Notes under the pieces: model-generated
What the model was told of the DNA's origin: nothing
What the model saw: the letters and a program-made list of their open reading frames with translations, nothing else
Database searches by the model: none
Assembly: GCA_963675785.1 (NCBI GenBank)
Contig: OY776562.1
Location: forward strand, 544,001 to 608,000
Reading direction: 5' to 3'
Source of the DNA: Anaerolineae bacterium
GTDB taxonomy: Bacteria; Chloroflexota; Anaerolineae; UBA1429
Length of the DNA: 64,000 nucleotides
Position numbers and translations under genes: made by a program
Shown: in pieces, positions 40,572 to 48,929 of the stretch
Position numbering within the stretch: the first letter of the stretch is position 1
Layout: the number at the start of each line of letters is the position of its first letter

Positions 40572-41372
40572 ATGGCCTTGGAGATTGTAAAACAGGATGT
40601 TCAGACGGGCCGGATTCGCCACGCTCTGTTTGATTTCGACGGCACCATCTCCCTCATCCGCCAGGGGTGGCAGGACATCATGACGCCGCTCATGGTGGAG
40701 GTATTGGCCGCTACGCCGCTGGCTGAGCCGCAGGATGAGTTGGAACGTCTCGTCCCCGAGTTCATCGCCCGCACCACCGGCAAACAGACCATCTATCAGA
40801 TGATGGGCCTGGCCGATATGGTGCGTGAGCGGGGTGGTGAGCCGCTGGAAGCTCTAGAATACAAGAAAGAGTATCTCAGACGGTTGGATATTCACATTGC
40901 TGACCGCGTGAACGGCCTTAAGGCGGGGACTATTCAATCAGAGACACTCATTGTGCCGGGGGCGGTTGATTTTTTGCGTGCCTTACACGAGCGGGGTGTG
41001 CGCTGTTATTTGGCTAGCGGCACCGACATCGGCTATGTGCGTGCTGAGGCCGTGGCCTTGGGTGTGGCCCACTGGTTCGGCGAGGACATTTACGGCGCTC
41101 TGGACGATTGGAAGAGTTATTCCAAGGCCATGGTCATAGAGCGCATCATTAAAGAGAATGGCCTGCAAGGTAGCGAACTGGCCGCCTTTGGCGATGGCTA
41201 TGTAGAGATCGAGGAAGTGGTCAAAGTAGGGGGCATTGCCGTGGGTCTGGCCACCGACGAGGTGGGTTTGACTGAGGTGGATGCATGGAAACGTCAGCGT
41301 TTGATCAAAGCCGGCGCTCAGGTTATTGTGCCCAATTTTTCTTCTGAACTGGTGGATTGGCTCTTTAGTTAG
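40572..41372 (+). CDS. HAD family hydrolase
   Basis: FDFDGTISL, LASGT, K, FGDG..E. Confidence 0.85.
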   Translation: MALEIVKQDVQTGRIRHALFDFDGTISLIRQGWQDIMTPLMVEVLAATPLAEPQDELERLVPEFIARTTGKQTIYQMMGLADMVRERGGEPLEALEYKKEYLRRLDIHIADRVNGLKAGTIQSETLIVPGAVDFLRALHERGVRCYLASGTDIGYVRAEAVALGVAHWFGEDIYGALDDWKSYSKAMVIERIIKENGLQGSELAAFGDGYVEIEEVVKVGGIAVGLATDEVGLTEVDAWKRQRLIKAGAQVIVPNFSSELVDWLFS

Positions 41373-41377
41373 TCGTT

Positions 41378-41417
41378 ACAAAAGCAGCGAGCCGGGTGTT
41401 TGCCCGGCTCGTTTTGT
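41378..41417. terminator. Bidirectional terminator between the HAD gene and the topoisomerase gene
   Basis: CGAGCCGGG-tgtttg-CCCGGCTCG flanked by A and T runs. Confidence 0.75.
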
Positions 41418-43670
41418 TTACTCGTCTTCTTCATCTGATTCGTTATCAACCAGGCCCAACGCTTCTGCCAGAGCGGGAAAAGCCTCTGCCCAGGAGGGAT
41501 CACGCGGGATCAGCACGAAATCCTTGCGCGGAAAGTGCACCTGATAGGACAGCAGCCGCTCATAGATCGACTCAGAGATGAGCCGGGCCACGCTCTTGAT
41601 CTGGGCCAGGTCAGGCCGGGTGATGGCCAACACGCTCATGGCGTCGGTCTCGGGATCGCCGTCATCCCATTCGGGGCCGATGGAGGCAAAGCCCAACAGC
41701 TTGGTGCCGTCCATCACCACGATGGCCTCGCGCCACTCGGTACTCAGGCTGGGCAGGAACATGGCCTCGATGGCGCCTGCTTCCAGCGGCAGGGGGATAT
41801 CAGGGAATTGATCTCTGACGGCATGGAACAGAGCGCGTACCGCGTCCACATCACCGTGGCGAATGGCGTCATCCTGGGCGTCCGCATCGGGCAGGCAGGT
41901 GCGCACGGTGACGCCGTTCATATCGCTCATATCCACTTCTTGATCCTGCAGGCGAACCCAGTGGAACTTGCGGCGCAGGGTGGAAGGGTAATATTTGTCG
42001 ATGATGTCATAATCGACTGACTTGCCCCAGGCATAGTAGACACGCGGGTCAATGTACGATCTCAAGCTGGTACCCAGGTTCCAGGTGCGTTTGTGGCCGG
42101 CCATCTCATGTTGGCATTGCACCTTGCCAGCGGCATCCTGGGCACGCTTGCGCCGTTCTTTGGCGGCTTCTACGTTGCGCAAGGCAGTCTTGATGCGCTT
42201 TTCATAGCGTTCGCGTATCTTTTTCTTTTGCTCAGGCGTGGTAGCCGCTTCCTCTTTTTGGCGGGCCTCGGCACGCAACCCCTTGAGCTTGTTCTGATAG
42301 TCATTGACCTGGGCACGGTATGCTTCAATACGGGCGGCGGCCTTTTCACCGCGTTCCTGATACCGTTTGCTGGTGCGCTCCCAGTCGCCATTGTATTTCT
42401 TGGTGTGGTTACACAGTTCCGCCGCCGCTAGGTTGGCCTGACTGGCCGCATACCATTTCTTGTACTCGGGATCGCGGGCCTTGGTTTTGGAGCTCTTGAG
42501 CGTCTCTTGTACCACCATGGTGGCGTGGTGGGTACGGAAGACCTTGGCCGAAAGCCCCGGGACGATGCTGGATAGATAGACGTTCACATCATGGCTGCCC
42601 ACATCTGGAAAGAGCTGCGGCAAGTCGCGCGTAGGGTGGTTGCGGTCGTCGTCGCTGGCTTCCTTGGAGGGCCGTGCGTTGGCAATCAGCTCACGTAGGT
42701 TTTCCAGTACCACATCGGGCACGGTGAGCTTTTTGTGCCACACCACCGAGTCTTTGCCCAGGAAATCGAACTCGACCACATTATCTTTGCCCAGCTTGAG
42801 GTGTTCGGGACGCAGGGTGGTGGCACCTACGGTATCCGCCTCGTCGGGATCCTTTTCATCACCGACGCGCAGGCATAGGGCATCGATGAGATAGCAGGCT
42901 GTAGCTACCATGCGGGTCTGTTCGTTGCCGTTGCGCAAGTCGTCTTGGATGCGCTGACGGATGGTGTCGATTTCTTCTTCCAGATGCACAGCCTTGTCGA
43001 ACTTGGCGGCCTCACGCTCTTGCTTGACCGGCGCTGTATCGCTCAGCCAGATGTATTTGAGCTTGTCAGAGAGCTTATCTTTCCAACGGGCTACCCACAT
43101 GGATTCGGGTTGCCAGACAACCTCTTCCCAGTCGCCTTCGGGACGAGGGGCATCAGGGCTGAGGTTCAGCGTCACGTCCCGTTCGGTTGCGCCCTCTTTC
43201 CAGCGCCCTCGCAGGGGGTGTTCGCCGCGTCCCATAAAAATACCCGAGGGCTCGGTCATATAATTGCCCAGCTGCACTAGCTGCCCATTGACGATGGCAT
43301 GACCGTATTTCTTTTTGAGCGCCTCGCGCTCCTCTTTGCGTTCCGCAGAGAGCGCCTTGCGCTCTTCTTTGGATATGGCCTCTTTTTGCTGACGCTCTTT
43401 ATCGACGAGCGCATAGGCTGGCGTGAAATCGATCTCTTCCAGCGAGAGGATGTCTTTCAGGCCGAGTTCCTGGCTGAAATCAGCCATAAAGTTCTCGGCG
43501 AATACCGGATCCTGAACGTATTCGGTATCCTTTTTGTGAGCCCAGGCCATGGCCATTTCTTCTTGTTTGGGCGTTAGCTCACGCTTTTCACCCCGGATGG
43601 TTAGGCACAGCCCGACGAGTTCTGGTTTTGGGGGAATGATGATCCCATTATGAATGAGTTGTTCTAGCAA
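41418..43670 (-). CDS. Type IB DNA topoisomerase, large eukaryote/archaea-like form, with a C-terminal GNAT-like domain
   Basis: LIHNG, EPSGIFMGRGEHPLRGRWK, LRVGDEKD, ADTVGATTLR.EH, FDFLGKDS, AKVFRT, LCNH, TSLRSYIDPR; probable TTG start at 43670. Confidence 0.9.
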   Translation of the reverse strand: MLEQLIHNGIIIPPKPELVGLCLTIRGEKRELTPKQEEMAMAWAHKKDTEYVQDPVFAENFMADFSQELGLKDILSLEEIDFTPAYALVDKERQQKEAISKEERKALSAERKEEREALKKKYGHAIVNGQLVQLGNYMTEPSGIFMGRGEHPLRGRWKEGATERDVTLNLSPDAPRPEGDWEEVVWQPESMWVARWKDKLSDKLKYIWLSDTAPVKQEREAAKFDKAVHLEEEIDTIRQRIQDDLRNGNEQTRMVATACYLIDALCLRVGDEKDPDEADTVGATTLRPEHLKLGKDNVVEFDFLGKDSVVWHKKLTVPDVVLENLRELIANARPSKEASDDDRNHPTRDLPQLFPDVGSHDVNVYLSSIVPGLSAKVFRTHHATMVVQETLKSSKTKARDPEYKKWYAASQANLAAAELCNHTKKYNGDWERTSKRYQERGEKAAARIEAYRAQVNDYQNKLKGLRAEARQKEEAATTPEQKKKIRERYEKRIKTALRNVEAAKERRKRAQDAAGKVQCQHEMAGHKRTWNLGTSLRSYIDPRVYYAWGKSVDYDIIDKYYPSTLRRKFHWVRLQDQEVDMSDMNGVTVRTCLPDADAQDDAIRHGDVDAVRALFHAVRDQFPDIPLPLEAGAIEAMFLPSLSTEWREAIVVMDGTKLLGFASIGPEWDDGDPETDAMSVLAITRPDLAQIKSVARLISESIYERLLSYQVHFPRKDFVLIPRDPSWAEAFPALAEALGLVDNESDEEDE

Positions 43671-43822
43671 GTTTGCACCTTTACTGCCTTTACTGGTAAC
43701 AACAGGTAAGGATACTATAAACATTTTCGCTAGCCAAGTCATCCCTTTTGGCTCGGGAGCTTGCATCTGGCAAGCCCATGCGTTACCTTCTACCTAGGGA
43801 TTCATGTCTGGGGGAGGAAATT

Positions 43823-45238
43823 GTGGTGAGACCGAATATTCTTTTTCTGATGAGTGATGAACACCGTGCCGACGTCGCTGGATTTGCCGGCAATGAGGTG
43901 GTGCGTACGCCATTTCTGGACAAGCTGGCCGAAACCGGCGTCGTCTTTGAGAATGCCTATGCCCCGTCACCCATTTGCGTGCCCTCGCGGCAGTGCATGA
44001 TGGCCGGGCAATTGCCCAAAACCTGCAACTGCGAGGGCTGGATTGATCTGGAGCCGGGTTACCTGACTTTCTCACGGCTCTTTTCGCAGTATGCCTATGA
44101 GACTATTTGCTGTGGCAAACTGCATCACCAGGGCTTTGACCAAATGCAGGGTTGGACGCAGCGTCCCGCCGGTGATCTTCAGGTGACGCCCAACTATATT
44201 AAAGGGGCCATTCCCGAGGAATATGCCAAGTACCAGCGTCCTTTTGGCGATTACAAATGGACGGATAGCAAAGAGGTCAAACGCGCTGGTGCGGGTACTG
44301 GGCGCCCTGCAGCTGGCGACCGCGAGTGGACGGATGCGGCCAAGCGGGCGGCAGAGACTTATTTTAACGACATCACCTATGACCGCGAGCAGAGCCGCAA
44401 GCCGCTCATGCTCAAGTTGAGCCTGCTGGAACCCCATTACCAGTACATGGTGGATGAGGAAAAGTTTGGTTATTATCTCAATCGCGTGCCGGTTTACCTC
44501 GATGAGCCGGTCTCGGAGCACCCCTTCTTGAGTCAGCGGCAGGTGCGACCGGGCCTGGATGCCTCACCGCGGGAACTGCGTCGTGCGACGGCTGCCTATT
44601 ATGGGATGATTGAGAACATCGATAGCATGTACGCCGAGATGGCCGAGATGCTCGAATATGTGGGTGAGAACCTCGACGACTGGATCATCATCTATACCTC
44701 AGATCACGGCGAGATGCTGGGACAGCATGGTATTTGGGAAAAACAAAAGTTCTATGAAGGCAGTGTACGCGTGCCGCTCATTGTTCGCTGGCCCAAGGGT
44801 TTCGCTGGTGGACAGCGCATCTCCCAGAACGTTAGCACGTGCGATATCTATGCCACGCTATGTGAGCTGACTGGCATTCCTATGCCGAAGGGATTGGATA
44901 GCCGCAGCCTGGTGCCGCTACTCAATGGCAATACCGAGGGCTGGTTTGATGAGGCCGTATCGCAGTTCAGTCTGGTGAACGTGCCGGTTCCCGCCGGATT
45001 AGAGAGCGCAGGCAAGCTGGATAATGTCATGATCAAGCAAGGGGCGCTCAAATACCAATGGTATGCAGGTATGCCTGAAGTGCTCTTTGATCTGGAAAAG
45101 AACCCGGAAGAGACCATCGACTATAGCGATGATCCCGCCTATGCGGACAGCATGGCCCATTTTCGCCAGCGGCTCGCTGAACTGGGGCATGGTCCCCAAG
45201 CCGATATGCACTATATCAATGCGGGCTACAACATTTAG
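43823..45238 (+). CDS. Cys-type sulfatase (choline-sulfatase-like)
   Basis: RPNILFLMSDEH, CVPSR, GKLH, EPH, SDHGEMLG.HG.W.K..FYE. Confidence 0.9.
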   Translation: MVRPNILFLMSDEHRADVAGFAGNEVVRTPFLDKLAETGVVFENAYAPSPICVPSRQCMMAGQLPKTCNCEGWIDLEPGYLTFSRLFSQYAYETICCGKLHHQGFDQMQGWTQRPAGDLQVTPNYIKGAIPEEYAKYQRPFGDYKWTDSKEVKRAGAGTGRPAAGDREWTDAAKRAAETYFNDITYDREQSRKPLMLKLSLLEPHYQYMVDEEKFGYYLNRVPVYLDEPVSEHPFLSQRQVRPGLDASPRELRRATAAYYGMIENIDSMYAEMAEMLEYVGENLDDWIIIYTSDHGEMLGQHGIWEKQKFYEGSVRVPLIVRWPKGFAGGQRISQNVSTCDIYATLCELTGIPMPKGLDSRSLVPLLNGNTEGWFDEAVSQFSLVNVPVPAGLESAGKLDNVMIKQGALKYQWYAGMPEVLFDLEKNPEETIDYSDDPAYADSMAHFRQRLAELGHGPQADMHYINAGYNI

Positions 45239-45256
45239 ATGATTTTCCGGCTCCCC

Positions 45257-45283
45257 TGGAACCTGGTGCGCTAATACGCGTCT
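45257..45283 (+). promoter_or_regulatory. Putative ECF sigma-factor promoter
   Basis: TGGAACCTGG...GCGTCT (GGAACC-N15-CGTC), the same motif as 431..458. Confidence 0.55.
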
Positions 45284-45326
45284 AATTAATTGTTGTTAGA
45301 AAGCACCATTTACTGGGGAGGTTATC

Positions 45327-46049
45327 ATGAAAAAAGGCATACTTTATGCTGGACTAGTTCTAGTTTTAGCAGTGGCGCTAGTGGGTTGTGCATCACCAAC
45401 AAACACGTCAGATGCGATGCAGCGCACGATCACAGTAACTGGAACAGGTGAGGCTAGTGCTAACCCGGATGTCGCCTATCTCTATCTGGGTGTCGAATCG
45501 GTGGATCCTGACGTATCCGTTGCTTTTGCTGATAACACCACGCGTATGAACGCTGTTTATCAGGTACTGCAGGATGCAGGGATTGCCGAGGATGATTTGC
45601 AGACATCAACTTATAGCGTTTCTCGGGAAGGAAACTCTACCTACAGGGCCACTACGGTTGACGACGAGGCATCTACCGAAGCCAACTTTTATGTGACCAA
45701 CATCGTTCAAGTGACCGTTCGTGATGTCGCGTCTGTAGGCGACCTAATAACCAAGGCTTTCGAAGCCGGTGCCAACAGCGTACAGAGTGTTTCTTTTGCT
45801 GTAGAGGATACGACCGCACTTGAGACGCAAGCTCGCACAAATGCTCTGGCTGATGCTCAGGCTCGTGCTGAGCAGATTGCAAGTGAAATGGGCGTAACCT
45901 TGGGCAACGTTCAATCGGTTAGCGACTCGAGCTACGTTCCTTACGAAACGTCTGCTTCATACGCTCTTGGCGGTGGGGGTGCCTCGGTTAGCTCGGGTCA
46001 GTACGATGTTAGCGTACAAGCCTATGTTGTCTACGAAATAGCGGACTAG
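45327..46049 (+). CDS. SIMPL (DUF541) domain lipoprotein
   Basis: LVGC lipobox, RTITVTGTGE...PD.A, AGANS...F, A.ADA.ARA..IA. Confidence 0.88.
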   Translation: MKKGILYAGLVLVLAVALVGCASPTNTSDAMQRTITVTGTGEASANPDVAYLYLGVESVDPDVSVAFADNTTRMNAVYQVLQDAGIAEDDLQTSTYSVSREGNSTYRATTVDDEASTEANFYVTNIVQVTVRDVASVGDLITKAFEAGANSVQSVSFAVEDTTALETQARTNALADAQARAEQIASEMGVTLGNVQSVSDSSYVPYETSASYALGGGGASVSSGQYDVSVQAYVVYEIAD

Positions 46050-46071
46050 ATGCTACGATAGGTTTAACCTC

Positions 46072-46102
46072 AGGGGGCGCACGTTTACGTGCGCCCCTTT
46101 TT
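46072..46102 (+). terminator. Intrinsic terminator
   Basis: GGGGCGCACGT-tt-ACGTGCGCCCC-TTTTT. Confidence 0.85.
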
Positions 46103-46153
46103 GCTGTTGTTGGGATGTAGACGTATGGTATAATCCAGCTTAGGAGGTTATCT

Positions 46154-48928
46154 ATGCCCCAAAAGCAACGGCTCTTGCTCATTGATGGATACGCTGTGGC
46201 GTATCGCGCTTACCATGCCATGCCGCCACTTACCACCCCTGATGGCGAACCCAGCAATGCTGTCTTTGGCTTTGCCAACATGCTGTTAAAGGCCATTGCC
46301 GATCTGGAGCCCACCCATGTGGTGGCCGCCTTTGATGTCGGCAAGACATTCCGCCACGAGGAATACGAGGCCTACAAAGCCACCCGGGCGGAAACCCCCG
46401 ATGATCTCCGTGTGCAGTTTGATCGCATCAAAGATCTAGTGCGCATCTTTGGTGTGCCCATCTATGAAAAACAAGGCTTTGAGGCCGACGATGTGTTGGG
46501 CACCCTGACCAAGCAGGCCGAAGAAGAAGGCATTGACAGCATTATCCTGACGGGCGATTCGGATACGTTCCAACTCATCAGCGACCGTGTACATGTGTTC
46601 TATCCCCAGGGGCGTAACGCGGTGCCGATCGTTATGGATATCAAAGCAGTAGAAGATCGCTATGGCCTCTCTCCGGCTCAGCTCATCGACCTTAAGGCGC
46701 TTGTTGGCGATAGTTCAGACAATATTCCGGGTGTCTCTGGCATTGGCCCCAAAACGGCCACGCCGCTTTTGCAAAAGTATGGCGACATTGATGGTATCTA
46801 TGCCCATTTGGACGAGATAACCCAAAAGAGAGCCCATACAGCGTTGGAGAACGGACGCGAAACTGCTGATTTCTCTCGCCACTTGATTACAATCGTGCGC
46901 GATATAGATGACATCAAACTCGATATGAAAACCGCCTTTTGGGGCGATTACGATCGTACGGCTGTGGTCGATTTTATGCGCAAGATGGGCTTTAGTAGCT
47001 TGGTGGAACGTGTACCCGGACGTAAAGAAGAGGGGGAGACCCAGCTAGCCCTCTTTGGCCAGGATGCGATCGCTGCTGCATCTTCTAGTGTCGACGTGGC
47101 CCCCGCTTCGGTCTCTGCCGATTGCGTTTATGCAGTGATCGATACGAAAGAGGCCCTCGTTGCTTTGGTAGAGCGCTTGCGGGCTGCCGGCTTTTTCGCC
47201 TTTGACACCGAAACGGATGGCACTGACGCTATGCGTGCTCACCTCGTGGGCATTTCGGTGAGCGATAAAGAACACGAAGGGTTTTATATTCCGATTGGGC
47301 ACCGAACAGGCGAAAGTGCGCGTCAACTCTCACTAGATCAAATTTGCACGATGCTCGGCCCCGTTTTGGCCGATGCCGCTGTGCTTAAGACAGCGCACAA
47401 TGCCAAGTATGATATGACCATCCTCCAACGTCACGGTATGCCTGTGGCTGGTATTGAGTTTGATACCATGATCGCTGCCTGGCTAGCAGATCCCTCGGAG
47501 CGTTTGGGACTCAAGGCGCTGGCACTCAGCCGTCTGGGTGTTGAGATGACACCCATCACTGACCTCATCGGCAAGGGCAAAGGTCAAGTTACCATTGATG
47601 TATTGCCTATAGACCGAGTGGCCATGTATGCTTCGGCCGATGCCGACATGACCTTGCGCCTGATGGGGCTCTTGCACAAAGAGTTGGAAGGCAAGGGTCA
47701 AATACCTCTGCTGCGCGATATGGAGATGCCGCTGCTCCCTGTGTTAATGAGCATGGAAATGCACGGCATGGTGGTGGATATCAAGTATCTGGCCGATATG
47801 TCCACCGAGTTGGAAAAGCGCCTCGGTGAGATTACGAGCAGCATCTATGAGTACACCGGCCATCCCTTTAATCTCAATTCCCCCAAACAGCTTGGCGAGG
47901 TGCTCTTTGACGAACTGGGCTTGCCCGTGGTTCGCCGCACTCGCACCGGCTACTCGACCGATGCGGCTGTACTGGACGAGCTTATTGGCAAACACCCCAT
48001 TGTTGAACTCATTCTCGAGTTTCGCCAACTCGACAAGCTCAAGAGCACCTATGTTGATGCCCTACCGGGGCTGGTCAATCCCCAAACCGGCCGAGTGCAT
48101 ACCTGGTTGAGTCAGACAGGTACCACCACGGGGCGTCTCTCTTCGCGGGATCCGAATTTGCAGAATATTCCCGTGCGTTCTGACCTGGGCCGGCTGGTTC
48201 GCGGCGCTTTTGTGGCGCCTGAGGGTTGTATGCTGTTGGGGTGCGACTATTCACAGGTTGAACTGCGCATCCTGGCACATATCTCGCAAGACCCAGAGCT
48301 GTTAGGGGCTTTCCATCGTGATGAGGACGTACATGCCTCGACGGCCGCGGCAGTGCTTGGCATTCCCCTGAACGAGGTAACCAAGGAACAGCGCTCGCTT
48401 GCCAAGGCCATCAACTTTGGCCTGATGTATGGCATGCAAGAGTACGGCCTTTCGGCACGCACGAATCTTTCTGTGGAGGAGGCCCGCCAATTCATTGCGG
48501 CCTATTTTGCACGATTCGGCAAGGTGCGCGATTATCTGGATGGAACCATCGTGTTTGCTCGCGAGCACGGCTATGTAGAGACTCTGATGGGGCGCCGCCG
48601 CTATTTCCCCGAGTTGCGCGAGGACAGCCATGCCAATGGTCGCATCAAACGCGAATCCGAGCGTGCCGCCATTAATATGCCCATTCAGGGCAGTGCTGCG
48701 GATATCATCAAGATAGCCATGATTCGTCTGCAAAAACGACTGCAGGATGCGGGCGTCAAGGCGGCCATGGTTTTACAGGTGCATGACGAGTTAATCCTTG
48801 AAGTGCCCGATGAGGAACTGGATACAGTGCGCGACATGGTGGTTGAGACCATGATGGGCGCTTACAAGTTGGATATTCCCTTAAAGGTAGAAGTAGCTAT
48901 TGCCAGGAATTGGATGGAGATGAAATAG
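46154..48928 (+). CDS. polA: DNA polymerase I
   Basis: 5'-3' exonuclease (LIDG, EADD, GDSSDNIPG), 3'-5' exonuclease (FDTET, HNAKYD, YASAD), polymerase (DYSQVELR, KAINFG, QVHDE). Confidence 0.98.
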   Translation: MPQKQRLLLIDGYAVAYRAYHAMPPLTTPDGEPSNAVFGFANMLLKAIADLEPTHVVAAFDVGKTFRHEEYEAYKATRAETPDDLRVQFDRIKDLVRIFGVPIYEKQGFEADDVLGTLTKQAEEEGIDSIILTGDSDTFQLISDRVHVFYPQGRNAVPIVMDIKAVEDRYGLSPAQLIDLKALVGDSSDNIPGVSGIGPKTATPLLQKYGDIDGIYAHLDEITQKRAHTALENGRETADFSRHLITIVRDIDDIKLDMKTAFWGDYDRTAVVDFMRKMGFSSLVERVPGRKEEGETQLALFGQDAIAAASSSVDVAPASVSADCVYAVIDTKEALVALVERLRAAGFFAFDTETDGTDAMRAHLVGISVSDKEHEGFYIPIGHRTGESARQLSLDQICTMLGPVLADAAVLKTAHNAKYDMTILQRHGMPVAGIEFDTMIAAWLADPSERLGLKALALSRLGVEMTPITDLIGKGKGQVTIDVLPIDRVAMYASADADMTLRLMGLLHKELEGKGQIPLLRDMEMPLLPVLMSMEMHGMVVDIKYLADMSTELEKRLGEITSSIYEYTGHPFNLNSPKQLGEVLFDELGLPVVRRTRTGYSTDAAVLDELIGKHPIVELILEFRQLDKLKSTYVDALPGLVNPQTGRVHTWLSQTGTTTGRLSSRDPNLQNIPVRSDLGRLVRGAFVAPEGCMLLGCDYSQVELRILAHISQDPELLGAFHRDEDVHASTAAAVLGIPLNEVTKEQRSLAKAINFGLMYGMQEYGLSARTNLSVEEARQFIAAYFARFGKVRDYLDGTIVFAREHGYVETLMGRRRYFPELREDSHANGRIKRESERAAINMPIQGSAADIIKIAMIRLQKRLQDAGVKAAMVLQVHDELILEVPDEELDTVRDMVVETMMGAYKLDIPLKVEVAIARNWMEMK

Positions 48929-48929
48929 C

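Noticed and set aside
43671-43822. Overlapping N-terminal extensions of TopIB and the sulfatase in the ORF track
   Set aside because: Family homology and RBS positions place the starts at 43670 (TTG) and 43823 (GTG), leaving a normal divergent intergenic region.
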